From NCBI GenBank assembly GCA_027459825.1, contig DAIDGT010000003.1, forward strand, positions 1,277-65,276: DNA of 64,000 bases. The letters run 5' to 3'. The position numbers and the translations under genes were made by a program. The stretch is from a bacterium. Lineage in GTDB: Bacteria > Patescibacteriota > Dojkabacteria > JAKAPS01 > JAJZLI01. This document shows, piece by piece, positions 40,421 through 50,674 of this stretch; position 1 is the stretch's first letter; each line of letters begins with the position of its first letter. Below the pieces are notes generated by a model. That model searched no databases and was not told the origin of the DNA. It saw nothing but the letters and a program-made list of their open reading frames with translations.

Positions 40421-42535
40421 CTAAATCTTTGATGGCCACCAAAGCTGTTTTGCTATGTCAAATGATATAGCAGGCACTAATAGGGATCTGACTATAATTG
40501 TATCTAGAAGAACCCCAAATGAAACAATAAAAGCAATTTGAGCTAAGAATAATATAGGTATTATTGCTAAGGCTCCAAACGTTGCCGCAAGTACTATTCC
40601 TGCACTTGTGATTACTCCACCAGTTAGGCTCAGACCCCTTAGAGTTCCTGGGCGTGTACCTAGCTTCTTTGATTCTTCTCTTACTCTTGTCATAAGGAAT
40701 ATGTTGTAATCAATGCCCAAGGCAACAAGGAATATAAAACCAAAAAGCGGTACGGATGCATCTGCTCCAGGAAAATGGAAGATATGATTAAATACTATGG
40801 CTGAAACCCCTAGTGAAGCGGCAAAACTCAAAACTACACTTATCACTAATAGTATTGGTGCAACTATGGAGCGAAGAAGAATCATTAAGATAAATAATAT
40901 AACTAATAAAACAATTGGTATTATCTTATGTAAGTCAGTTTTAGCTGTGTTGTTGGTATCAAGGTTGATTGCTGTTGCCCCACCAACTAGTGTTTGATTG
41001 TTGATACTTTTGAGTTGTGAGCGCAGTTTTGTAACCACATTCTCTGCAGACTGAGAGTCTGGATTGTATGCTAACGTTGCGTTAATTAGTACTTTACCAT
41101 CGATAACTTCAGGCTTACTCTTATCTTGTAAGCTGTTGAAATAACTTGTTGATATAATACCGGAAGTCTGCCCTACTATTTTTATAACACGTGAAGAATT
41201 TTTAACAGGCGTAATAATTTCTACGGGAGTACCAGATCCTGCTGGAAAATATTCTGCCTCTACGGACTGACCAGCTACTGCATTTGATTTTCCAAGTATT
41301 GTTGCCGATTCAGTGACTCCGTTGGCTTTTAGTTGTATTAGTCCGTAACTACAAACTAGTAAGACAATAGTTAGTATAATCCAAATTTTACGATAGTTGA
41401 TAGAAACAAAAAGAGGAATTTTGTGCCATATGCCTGACCTATCTTCTAGTCCATTTTTGAGCTGATTATATTTAATTTCAGAGTTTAATGAGAGTAATTT
41501 AGGTTTAAATGGCCAAAAAGCATTACGGCCGAATAGTACTAAGAAAGCTGGCATAAGGCTAACTGTCGATAGAAAAGCAAATGCTATTCCTAGGGCAGCT
41601 ATTGGACCTAAGCTACGATTAGAGTTTAAGTTTGAAAAGAGTAAACACAGTAAAGATAAAATAACTGTAGCTGCAGATGCTGCAATAGGCTCAATGGAGC
41701 GTCTAAGTGCTTCACTGATGGCTTGCCACTTTTCTTTAGTATGTTCTAAGGCTTCTTTAAACCTTGAAACTAATAACAAAGAATAATCCGTAGCAGCTCC
41801 AATTACTAAAATTGATAAAATACCCTGGCTTTGACCATTGAGTTTAATAACATTTTGATGAGCAAGAATGTAGACAAATAAAATAGCTCCACATAGTGCT
41901 AGCATAGCATTTATTAACACTAAAAATGGTAGAAATATAGACCGATACACTATAATTAGGATGATAAAGACTGCAAGTAGTGCTACAATTAGCAATATCC
42001 CATCTATTCCACCAAATGCTGTTATAAGATCAGCAGATAAACCAGCAGGACCAGTGACATATGCAGTTGCACCTTGTGGAATCTCTGTACCCAGTTTTGT
42101 ACGCATAGCGTTAACAACGTTGTTAATTTTTGCATTAGAATTGATCTGGACTATGTATTCAACCGCTAATCGATCTTTTGATGGTATAGGACCAATAATT
42201 GATTCTGGTACTCTAGCTACTCCATTAATTGCAGAAAGACTGCTAGATATATTAAGGAATTTTGTCATCCTGTTTAATTGATTTGATGATGCTAGTTTTA
42301 TAATTACAATAGCAGGGATTGTGTTACTTGAATAAAACTTATTTTGCAAATTTGCTACTTTAGTTGATTCAGCACTTGCAGGTAAAAAATTTGCTTGATT
42401 ATTGCTTGAAACATTAGATAGTTTACCAAACGTTGGTCCACCGATACTCCCTATTACTAGCCAAACTAAAACCAATAATAGTGGAATAAGGATTCTAAAC
42501 CACCCTTTTCTTGTTAATACAGAAATGTTAGACAT
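40421..42535 (-). CDS. MMPL-family (RND superfamily) membrane transporter
   Basis: 704 aa. Two 6-TM bundles each preceded by a soluble loop. GAATDYSLLLVSRFKE and ALGIDYNIFLMTRVREE are MMPL signatures. Confidence 0.85.
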   Translation of the reverse strand: MSNISVLTRKGWFRILIPLLLVLVWLVIGSIGGPTFGKLSNVSSNNQANFLPASAESTKVANLQNKFYSSNTIPAIVIIKLASSNQLNRMTKFLNISSSLSAINGVARVPESIIGPIPSKDRLAVEYIVQINSNAKINNVVNAMRTKLGTEIPQGATAYVTGPAGLSADLITAFGGIDGILLIVALLAVFIILIIVYRSIFLPFLVLINAMLALCGAILFVYILAHQNVIKLNGQSQGILSILVIGAATDYSLLLVSRFKEALEHTKEKWQAISEALRRSIEPIAASAATVILSLLCLLFSNLNSNRSLGPIAALGIAFAFLSTVSLMPAFLVLFGRNAFWPFKPKLLSLNSEIKYNQLKNGLEDRSGIWHKIPLFVSINYRKIWIILTIVLLVCSYGLIQLKANGVTESATILGKSNAVAGQSVEAEYFPAGSGTPVEIITPVKNSSRVIKIVGQTSGIISTSYFNSLQDKSKPEVIDGKVLINATLAYNPDSQSAENVVTKLRSQLKSINNQTLVGGATAINLDTNNTAKTDLHKIIPIVLLVILFILMILLRSIVAPILLVISVVLSFAASLGVSAIVFNHIFHFPGADASVPLFGFIFLVALGIDYNIFLMTRVREESKKLGTRPGTLRGLSLTGGVITSAGIVLAATFGALAIIPILFLAQIAFIVSFGVLLDTIIVRSLLVPAISFDIAKQLWWPSKI

Positions 42536-43354
42536 AGGATGTAAAAATTTATAACATGTTGTTATATTTTAGTCAATGTTTTAGGTATTTTAGTACTACA
42601 GAAATCTCTAAATATCAACATTTATAATATCAAAAAATGGACACACTGACGATATAGGAACTAATACAGAAAATGCGATAAGAAATAATATTGTAAGTAT
42701 AGTTAGAAAGCGATGGGAGATAGAGGTATTTCACAAAGAGCTCAAACAAACCTGTGGTTTGAAATGCTGCCAGGACTGAACAAGTCAGGCACAAAGAAAT
42801 CATATAGTACTTATCTGTATCAAGCAAGCCGTCCAACAAAAGTGGAACAATATATCCTTTTATCAACAACAGTGGAATACTATAACTGGATCCATTGTAT
42901 TTCAGATGAAAATTGAGTTAAATGACATGTAAGTGTGAAACTTGTTGATCAATGGTATTGTGTGTTTTATGTACTGTGGTTACTTATATACGTAGTTCTT
43001 CTGTAGGTAATAGTGCAAGTCATCATGTTGCATTCAATTCAACTTCTCAGTTAACAAATAAGTCTAAGCAAGTTCATAATAGTGTGAGTGCTACTACTCC
43101 CCAAAACCAACAAGTAAGTCAGCAGCCACCAATAGAAAATAACAATATTACTCTACCTAAATCACCACAGATTAGTTCTGTACCACAACCCATAAATAAT
43201 CCTCAACCTCCAGTGCCTTCTGAGTTATTTCTATTTTTAGACTTTTTTAAGAATTTTTGTAGTAAAAGACAAGAAAGTAGTAAATTTCGAACTAACAAAA
43301 GAGGCGTTGCCATTTGTTAATTTGAAAGAATCTGTTCTGGTAAGTCCTAAACAA

Positions 43355-43426
43355 CTCCCCGACTAGGATTCGAACCTAGAACCTTCTCGTTAACAGCGAG
43401 CCGCTCTACCGTTGAGCTATCGAGGA
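43355..43426 (-). tRNA. tRNA-Asn (anticodon GTT)
   Basis: Hand-folded cloverleaf. Acceptor TCCTCGA/TCGGGGA (one G-U pair), D arm GCTC-AACGGTA-GAGC, anticodon loop CTGTTAA, T arm CTAGG-TTCGAAT-CCTAG, discriminator G. No encoded CCA. Confidence 0.9.
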
Positions 43427-43462
43427 ATATGTAGAATATTGCCAATTATATCGTCTAAACTC

Positions 43463-44725
43463 TTATATTTCAATAATGGCTTTAGTCCATTTATTTTCTC
43501 TGCTTGTAATTGTTAAATCTCCTCCCAAAAGTCGCATAAAATTTAGAGAAAGGTAAAGTCCTAGTCCTGAGCCTTTATGATTTTCATTATTTGAAAATTT
43601 GTAATACTTTTCGAATAAGTGAGCTTTGTCCTGTTCTGGTATCCCTATTCCATGATCTTTTATCTTTATAAAATATCTTCCTTGTTTTTTATACAATGAT
43701 ATAAAAATGGTGGAATTGGGTTTTGAAAATTCTATGGCATTATCAAGTAGGTTTGATATGACATTTGCTATTTTATCTGGGTCTGTTGTTACTACACTTT
43801 GTTCCTCTTTAGGTTTAAATGTAATATTAATATTTTTCTTTGTAGCTTTTAATATGCTTTTCCCAACACTCTTATAAATTTGTAAATTTAAATTTGTATC
43901 TGTTTTGCTTACAAACAGCCTGTTTAAGTCTAATCTTGAAGTGTTTAGTATATCTTCGATGAAATTTCCTAGAGTATTTGATTGATTGCGTATATCTTGT
44001 ATTGCATCAATAATTTCTCTTGGAAGTTTTAAATACCCCTCATCTAGTGTTAAAAGTTCGAGATATCCTCTTAGGGCTGTAATGGGAGATCTTAGCTCAT
44101 GTGATGTTATTGATATAAATTCATCTCTTTGTTTATTAATATTTTCAAATTTCTCTTTCTTTTCTCTTTCAATATTATATTTTTCATTCACACCTTTAAC
44201 TATGATTATTAGTTTCCTTGATTCTATTGTTATTGTTATTAGCACAAACAAATCTATCATAAACATCCCAATAGTAAATGAAGAATATGCGTGGTGTAGA
44301 AGTATAAATAGAATTTCAGATGCTATTATAATAAGATTTGCTCCAATAAGATTGAAGTTTGTTGCATTTATATTAATAATTATACTTTCAAATAATAGTA
44401 CAAAGTTAATTACAAAGAATGGACTTTGTGGTCCTCCTGTAAGGTAAGATATACTAACAGATATAAGTATTAAAAAAATTATTTCTATTATATTTTTAAT
44501 ATGACTTTTTTTTCTTATTACATAATGAGTTATTACTATCTGGATTAATAATGTGGCTAGAATTATGAATATGTACTCTTGGAATAATGTTGGATATGCT
44601 ATGCGTATATTAGTTATTATATAAGATAACCCTAATGATGCTAAAAGTATAATCGATGTATATTTTAGTATAATTGAGATACCTTCTATTCTTTCCTGTT
44701 CTACTATGTTTTGACTTATTTCCAT
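43463..44725 (-). CDS. membrane sensor histidine kinase (canonical H-box)
   Basis: Polytopic N-terminus. H-box FISITSHELRSPITAL (His codon 44099..44101), N-box LLDNAIEFS, G1 DHGIGIP, G2 GSGLGLYL. Confidence 0.85.
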   Translation of the reverse strand: MEISQNIVEQERIEGISIILKYTSIILLASLGLSYIITNIRIAYPTLFQEYIFIILATLLIQIVITHYVIRKKSHIKNIIEIIFLILISVSISYLTGGPQSPFFVINFVLLFESIIININATNFNLIGANLIIIASEILFILLHHAYSSFTIGMFMIDLFVLITITIESRKLIIIVKGVNEKYNIEREKKEKFENINKQRDEFISITSHELRSPITALRGYLELLTLDEGYLKLPREIIDAIQDIRNQSNTLGNFIEDILNTSRLDLNRLFVSKTDTNLNLQIYKSVGKSILKATKKNINITFKPKEEQSVVTTDPDKIANVISNLLDNAIEFSKPNSTIFISLYKKQGRYFIKIKDHGIGIPEQDKAHLFEKYYKFSNNENHKGSGLGLYLSLNFMRLLGGDLTITSRENKWTKAIIEI

Positions 44726-45987
44726 TTTAATATTTCTACTGTTACAGAAGTTCCAATACCTTCTGTGCTTTCAATCTTAATTGTTCCTCCCATTTTTTCA
44801 ACATATTCTTTGATTAAATAAAGTCCTTGTCCTGTTCCCTGTGATGTATTTGAAGCAACATTTGATGCTCTATAGTACTTTTGGAAAAGTTTGGATATAT
44901 CCTTTGATGGTATTCCTATACCATTATCTGAGACTACAATACTTACAGTATCTTCAGTATCTCTTTCTTCAAGTATAACCCTACCATTGTTATTCGTATA
45001 CTTTACCGCATTATCTAGTATATTTCTAAGCACCTCTTCTATTCTATTTTTATCAGCTTTTATTTCTATATTTTGGCTTTTTATGTATGATATTGAAATA
45101 TTTTTTTCTTTTGCTTTTAGTTCTATATATGATAGAGCATCATTTATAATTTCTGATAGATTCAATTTTTCAATTTTAAATTCTACATTTTCAATGTCGG
45201 TATTTGCATTCTGAAGCATATTCACAGAGAGATTTTTTAAAAGCATTGCATTAGTATTTGCCTTTGTTAAAACTTGCTGCATGTTTGTGTTTAATTTGTC
45301 ATGGTATTTTTGTAATACTTGGTTAATACTATCTTGTAATTTGGTTATAGGTTCCTGTAATTTTTCTGTTGACACTTTTAAAAATTCATTTTTTGACCTG
45401 TTTATATCTTCATTTTTTAACTTGATTGCCATCTCTTTTTCATACTGCAGAGATATTTTCTTATATATCTGTGAAAAGAAAAGTATTATGACTATAGCAA
45501 GGAGAGCTATTGTCCATAAAGAGACTTCCGTAGCTGATCTAAAATATACAGAATTATACTTAGGATCAAAATACAGATATACCATTTGGGCAAAGATGAC
45601 AAAAAAGTATAGTAGTAGCTCCCATGATGCTCTTGCCACTAAAACAAGGGTAAACCCCATAAGAGCATCTATTGGAAAAACTGGGTTATATACTCCGTTT
45701 GAGAATATCATTAATGCAAACATCCAGAAGAGGAATATAAATCCAGCAATTATTATTTTGTAGTGTATTGATTTTATTTTAACTATGTATATCCAAATTA
45801 TTGTGAATACACTAATTGATGTACAGTATATGACAGTAAATATTGTATGTTTTACATATATGCTACCGAATATTCCACTAAGAAGTACTATTAAATAAAA
45901 TAGTGATCCAATGTATACCGTTGTTCCAATAATTTTTAAAAATGATTTATCATCACTTTGATTTAAATAAGTATTTGTATCTTGCAT
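44716..45987 (-). CDS. histidine-kinase-like membrane protein lacking the phospho-acceptor His (Thr at the H position)
   Basis: DHp-like FLKVSTEKLQEPITKL, with Thr codon 45367..45369 where His is expected. Intact N-box ILDNAVKYT, G1 DNGIGIP, F LFQKYYR, G2 GTGQGLYL. 10-nt overlap with the downstream canonical kinase. Confidence 0.75.
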   Translation of the reverse strand: MQDTNTYLNQSDDKSFLKIIGTTVYIGSLFYLIVLLSGIFGSIYVKHTIFTVIYCTSISVFTIIWIYIVKIKSIHYKIIIAGFIFLFWMFALMIFSNGVYNPVFPIDALMGFTLVLVARASWELLLYFFVIFAQMVYLYFDPKYNSVYFRSATEVSLWTIALLAIVIILFFSQIYKKISLQYEKEMAIKLKNEDINRSKNEFLKVSTEKLQEPITKLQDSINQVLQKYHDKLNTNMQQVLTKANTNAMLLKNLSVNMLQNANTDIENVEFKIEKLNLSEIINDALSYIELKAKEKNISISYIKSQNIEIKADKNRIEEVLRNILDNAVKYTNNNGRVILEERDTEDTVSIVVSDNGIGIPSKDISKLFQKYYRASNVASNTSQGTGQGLYLIKEYVEKMGGTIKIESTEGIGTSVTVEILKWK

Positions 45988-46073
45988 ACATTACTATTCT
46001 ATTTACTTTTTTATATTTTATCAATTAAATTTCATACTATAATTTTTATATTATTTGTTGTATAGAGTAGATA

Positions 46074-46967
46074 ATGGATAGTAACGATATTATGAAAAAG
46101 TATCTTAAAAGAATTGAAAGATTCTTTGATACTGAGAAAATAATTAATGAAAATATATCTTTAGAGTATATAACGAATTATTATCGTTCTAGTATATTGG
46201 CGTATAAGGTTTTACATACATTTAGAGGTTATATGCACATGGGGATCTCATTTGATGGTAAATACAAAGTTTCAGATTTACTTACATCAGTTAAGATTGT
46301 AGAGGAGTACATTAATAGTAGAAAGATTTCTCGTGTTTTAGAGCTTGCTTCAGGTAACGGTGTGAATAGTTCATATATTGCCTCACGAAACCCAGGGTTA
46401 GATATCATTGGTATTGATCTTTCTACAAATCCTAAAAAAAATGTAAACGGATATAGACATATAAATGGAGATTTTCATAATCTTAGTGTATTTCCAGATA
46501 AATCGTTTGATTTAATTTTTATTATAGAGGCTTTTTGTCATAGCCAGAATAAAGAGAAAGTGTTAGAGCAATGCTTCAATAAATTAAAGAAACATGGTTT
46601 GTTTGTTATCTTCGATGGATATTCCAGGAAGAGTAAATTATCTGATAAAGATATGAAAACCTCAGCTTTAATTTCAAAGTCAATGGCAGTAGACAGATTT
46701 ATAAGTTTAAAAGAGTTTAAAACTCTTGTAAAAGAATTTAATTTTAAAATAATTGAGGAGAAGGATTTTTCTTTAAATGTTTTGCCTAATGCTGAGAGAT
46801 TTAGGAAAATATCTAATGTATATTTTTCATCATATCTTTTCCATAAGGTGTTAACTAAAATTTTTCCAATGATTGAACTACAAAATTTAATAGCTTTAAA
46901 TCTATTATCTTTGTCGGTTAAGAATAATCTCCTTTGTTATTACATGCATGTTCTTGAAAAGAATTAA
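46074..46967 (+). CDS. class I SAM-dependent methyltransferase
   Basis: Motif I VLELASGNGVNS, post-I IGIDLS, motif II/III DLIFIIEAFCH...GLFVIFD. Confidence 0.75.
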   Translation: MDSNDIMKKYLKRIERFFDTEKIINENISLEYITNYYRSSILAYKVLHTFRGYMHMGISFDGKYKVSDLLTSVKIVEEYINSRKISRVLELASGNGVNSSYIASRNPGLDIIGIDLSTNPKKNVNGYRHINGDFHNLSVFPDKSFDLIFIIEAFCHSQNKEKVLEQCFNKLKKHGLFVIFDGYSRKSKLSDKDMKTSALISKSMAVDRFISLKEFKTLVKEFNFKIIEEKDFSLNVLPNAERFRKISNVYFSSYLFHKVLTKIFPMIELQNLIALNLLSLSVKNNLLCYYMHVLEKN

Positions 46968-48202
46968 ATTGTTACTGTGGCTGTAGTTCCTTCATTCTCC
47001 TTGCTATCAATCTTTAACTCTCCTCCTATAAGATTTATGAAATTTAGTGATAAATAAAGCCCAAGTCCATCATCTGTATTTTGAGTATTATTGGATACTC
47101 TATAGAATTTTTCAAAAATGTGGGGTAGATCTTTTTCAGGGATTCCAATACCATGATCTATTACCTTTACTGTATGTATATTTCCTTCTTTTTGTACAGA
47201 TATTTTTATATTTCCTCCTTCATTTGAAAATTTGATAGCGTTATCTACTAGATTAAATAAGACTTCATATAATTTATCTGGGTCTGTATTGACCTTTGTT
47301 TCTTCTGTATTTTTTTCTACTTCTATATTTACATTTCTATCTATTTTCTGTTTATTTAATTGATTTACTACCTTGTATATTACTTGCTCTATATCTGTTG
47401 GAGTCTTATTAATAACAAGTCGTTTAAGCTCTATTCTTGATATGTTGAGAATATTCTCTATTAGTCTGTTTAATCTATCTGTTTCATTTGAGAGTATTGC
47501 AAGATCATCTTTAGTATCTTTTGGTAATGTTTCAAAATCCTTTTCTAGTGTTAATATTTGCAAGTATCCTCTAAGGGCTGTAATAGGTGATCGTAGTTCA
47601 TGTGATGCCATGGATATGAATTCATCTTTTTGGATATTTTCCTTTTCAATCTTTTGTGTTTCTGCTTTTGCAACCAAGTAATTTTTTTCTACTCTCGATG
47701 ATAAATTAAATCTTGTTTTGGAGACAAATACTATTGATATCTGTGCTACGACTTCGACAGAAAAGATAATCCAGTCTACGCTACTGTGTGGCATAAGGAG
47801 TATGTGTATAATCCCTTCTGTAATGATTATCATATTTAAAATTACTGGAATTATATAGTTTTTATCTATGATTAGTTCTTCAAATAGAAGTCCTAAGTAT
47901 AGAAGAAAGAAAGGGCTTTCAACACCTCCTGTTGTGTATATTACAGGGGTAATAATAATTGTGTCTATTACAACCTCTAATATACTTATTGATAAAGAAG
48001 TTTTTTTTATCCAGTAGTGAAATATTAATATTACAGACAGTATAAGAATAGTACTTATAGAATCTATATATATAGTAGGTTTTGTCTGTGCATACTGCAT
48101 GAAAGGTGGTATGAATGTGAGAAGTAAACCTAACGCAATTAAATAATTTAAAAATTTTATTGCACTAGCTATATTCTTGTTTTTTTCTAATTCTATTTCC
48201 AT
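46964..48202 (-). CDS. membrane sensor histidine kinase (canonical H-box)
   Basis: H-box FISMASHELRSPITAL (His codon 47600..47602), N-box LVDNAIKFS, G1 DHGIGIP, G2 DDGLGLYL. Clear paralogue of 43463..44725. Confidence 0.85.
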   Translation of the reverse strand: MEIELEKNKNIASAIKFLNYLIALGLLLTFIPPFMQYAQTKPTIYIDSISTILILSVILIFHYWIKKTSLSISILEVVIDTIIITPVIYTTGGVESPFFLLYLGLLFEELIIDKNYIIPVILNMIIITEGIIHILLMPHSSVDWIIFSVEVVAQISIVFVSKTRFNLSSRVEKNYLVAKAETQKIEKENIQKDEFISMASHELRSPITALRGYLQILTLEKDFETLPKDTKDDLAILSNETDRLNRLIENILNISRIELKRLVINKTPTDIEQVIYKVVNQLNKQKIDRNVNIEVEKNTEETKVNTDPDKLYEVLFNLVDNAIKFSNEGGNIKISVQKEGNIHTVKVIDHGIGIPEKDLPHIFEKFYRVSNNTQNTDDGLGLYLSLNFINLIGGELKIDSKENEGTTATVTI

Positions 48203-48203
48203 T

Positions 48204-49457
48204 TTATCCCTTCTGAAGTGAAAATATTACGCTTGTTCCTTTTTCGTATTCACTCTCTATGTGTATGTCTCCTCCCATTTTTTCTATATATTGTTTTACA
48301 AGATATAGTCCAAGACCATATCCCTGTTTTGTATTTGAGGCAACATTTGATGCTCTATAGAATTCTTCAAATATATGAGGAATATCCTGTTTAGGGATTC
48401 CAATACCATTATCTGATACATTGATAATAATCATTTTTTCTTTTTCATGTGTTGAAATTTGAATACTTCCTTCTGAATTGGTGTATTTTATTGCGTTATC
48501 AATTAGGTTTCTGATAACTTCTGAAATTTTACCTTTGTCTGCTCTAATAAAAACGTTATCCTCTACGTTTATTATAATGTTAATTTTTTTCTCAGATGCT
48601 TTAATGGATAACATCTCAGCAGTTTGTGTTATTAAATTTTTTAAATTTAGACTTTCTATATTAAACGGCTGGTTTTCAAGGTTAGATATATTAAGAAGAT
48701 TTTCTGAAAGTTCTTTTAATATTTGAGAGTTTCGTATAGTTTTATCTAATATATCCTTTATGTTTCCTGATATATGTTGATTATTCTTTTCTTTCGTTGC
48801 TATTATTTTATCTTGTAGTTGAGATATTGGGGATTTTAATTTCTTTGAAGCTATGTCTATAAAATTATCTTTTGCTTTTTTCAGTTCCTCATTTTTATTT
48901 TTTTCTTCTTGTTCTTTTTCAAACGTATTTGATAGAGTTTTATATGCTTTTGAATATTGGTATCCTACTGTTCCTATAAAAATTATAGATATAAAAGAAA
49001 TTGTTCCTATGTATAGGTTATAACTGCTACTGAATTTTGGGTTCAAAAGTATCAGTGTATAAAGTAGGGCAATGTACAGGGTATAGAAAATGAAATTTTG
49101 AATACTCTCAAGTCTTGAGAATGCAGCAAGGACAAGTAATACTATCATAGAAAGAAGGCCATTCTCAATTCCTGTTGTTATGTACATAAAAAGAAATGTT
49201 GCTGTAGTTATAACTAAGAAGTCTAGAGATATTTTAAATGATATTGATGTTTTCTTAAAAAAATTATGCCATATAATTTCATAGATTATTAAAAAGAGTG
49301 GTAGGTATGTATTTGCAGTTATGTTTTTTGTATATATACTTCCTGCTGCAGGAATATGAAATATTATGATGACTAGAATAAATATTGGGTAGGATATCCT
49401 CTCCATTGACTTTAGTAGCACATTATCTCTGTTTGCTTCTGCATCATATCCCTTCAC
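48204..49457 (-). CDS. histidine-kinase-like membrane protein lacking the phospho-acceptor His (Lys at the H position)
   Basis: DHp-like FIDIASKKLKSPISQL, with Lys codon 48843..48845 where His is expected. Intact N-box LIDNAIKYT, G1 DNGIGIP, F IFEEFYR, G2 GYGLGLYL. Its stop lies 1 nt from the start of the downstream canonical kinase. Confidence 0.75.
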   Translation of the reverse strand: MKGYDAEANRDNVLLKSMERISYPIFILVIIIFHIPAAGSIYTKNITANTYLPLFLIIYEIIWHNFFKKTSISFKISLDFLVITTATFLFMYITTGIENGLLSMIVLLVLAAFSRLESIQNFIFYTLYIALLYTLILLNPKFSSSYNLYIGTISFISIIFIGTVGYQYSKAYKTLSNTFEKEQEEKNKNEELKKAKDNFIDIASKKLKSPISQLQDKIIATKEKNNQHISGNIKDILDKTIRNSQILKELSENLLNISNLENQPFNIESLNLKNLITQTAEMLSIKASEKKINIIINVEDNVFIRADKGKISEVIRNLIDNAIKYTNSEGSIQISTHEKEKMIIINVSDNGIGIPKQDIPHIFEEFYRASNVASNTKQGYGLGLYLVKQYIEKMGGDIHIESEYEKGTSVIFSLQKG

Positions 49458-49487
49458 ATATTAAATATTACCAATTTTTCGCACATA

Positions 49488-50603
49488 TTAAAATTGTGCT
49501 TTGTGTATTTTATAGATTACCTTTAGTATTGTGTGAATATCCTCAGTTGTATTCTCATGTGAAAAGCTAAATCTTATAGATCTTTTTGCATCATCATCTG
49601 TCATTCCTATGGCCTTTAGGGTATGTGATGGTTCTATTGATAGTGCTGTACATGCAGAGCCCGCTGATGCTTCTATTCCCTCTCTATCTAAATTAATGAG
49701 AAGAGTTTCTGCAAGAATATCTTTAAAATATATGTTTGATATATCTGGTAATTTTTCCTCTGCTCCATTGATTCGTGATCCTGGAATTTGGGAGAGTATT
49801 TCTTTCTCGAATTCAGATTGTAAATTTTTGACGTATTTGTATCTTTCTTCTCTTTCATTTTTTAGTATTTCTACTGCTTTTGCAAAGCCTACAATTAGGG
49901 CAGTACTCTCAGTTCCTCCTCTCATTTTGTATTCTTGCTCTCCTCCTGTAATCATAGGTTTTATCTGTGTCTGTCTCTTTATGTATAGTGCTCCAATTCC
50001 CTTTGGGCCATGTATTTTATGAGATCCAAATGTAATTAAATCTGCATCTGTTTCCATGATATTTTCATATTTAAATGATTGCATAGCATCTGTGTGGACA
50101 GGAATACCTTTCTCGTGCGCTATTTGAGATATTGCTTTTATATCTTGCAGAGTTCCTATTTCTGAGTTTGCATGTATTATTGATATAAGCACTGTATCAT
50201 CTCTTATATTATTTTTTACATCTTCTGTGGAAATGTGTCCCATGCTGTCAGGATCTATATAGGTAATGTGTCTATTTTCAGATATTTCTGATATTGGTTT
50301 TAAGATAGAGTCATGTTCAATAGCTGATGTTATTACGTGACCTTTATTTTTTAATGTCATACCTTTAATTGCAAGGTTGTTACTTTCAGTACCGCCTGAT
50401 GTAAATACTATCTCTTGAATGTCACAGCCTATGTATGATGCAATACACTCCCTCGATCTATCAATAGCTCTTCTTGATCTTTGCCCCATGGAGTGTATTG
50501 AGCTTGGATTTGCAAATGTCTCCTTGAGATATGGCATCATCTCATCCAATACTCTTGGGTCTATTTTTGTTGTTGCTGCATTATCTGCATATATATATTT
50601 CAT
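49488..50603 (-). CDS. cysteine desulfurase (NifS/IscS-like class V aminotransferase)
   Basis: IYADNAATT, FTSGGTESNN, HANSEIG, and the PLP-Lys motif SHKIHGPKGIGALY. I prefer the Met of MKYIYADNAATT to the track start at 50657. Confidence 0.85.
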   Translation of the reverse strand: MKYIYADNAATTKIDPRVLDEMMPYLKETFANPSSIHSMGQRSRRAIDRSRECIASYIGCDIQEIVFTSGGTESNNLAIKGMTLKNKGHVITSAIEHDSILKPISEISENRHITYIDPDSMGHISTEDVKNNIRDDTVLISIIHANSEIGTLQDIKAISQIAHEKGIPVHTDAMQSFKYENIMETDADLITFGSHKIHGPKGIGALYIKRQTQIKPMITGGEQEYKMRGGTESTALIVGFAKAVEILKNEREERYKYVKNLQSEFEKEILSQIPGSRINGAEEKLPDISNIYFKDILAETLLINLDREGIEASAGSACTALSIEPSHTLKAIGMTDDDAKRSIRFSFSHENTTEDIHTILKVIYKIHKAQF

Positions 50604-50674
50604 TGTGTCTATCTTAAAAACTTTATTTTTACAAGATAATATTATATCATTATACATATTGATATAAGTATTTT

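Noticed and set aside
42630-43320. ORFs 42630..42869(-) and 42952..43320(+) as real genes.
   Set aside because: No recognisable motifs and odd composition (hydrophobic/Cys-rich, and Q/P/N-rich ending in a basic tail). Neither has a convincing start context. They are kept only as part of the gene-poor-interval observation.
39267-43426. Integrated mobile element at tRNA-Asn.
   Set aside because: I could find no integrase, transposase, phage gene or direct repeat of the tRNA 3' end by eye. Only the weak contextual hints are reported, as a low-interest finding.
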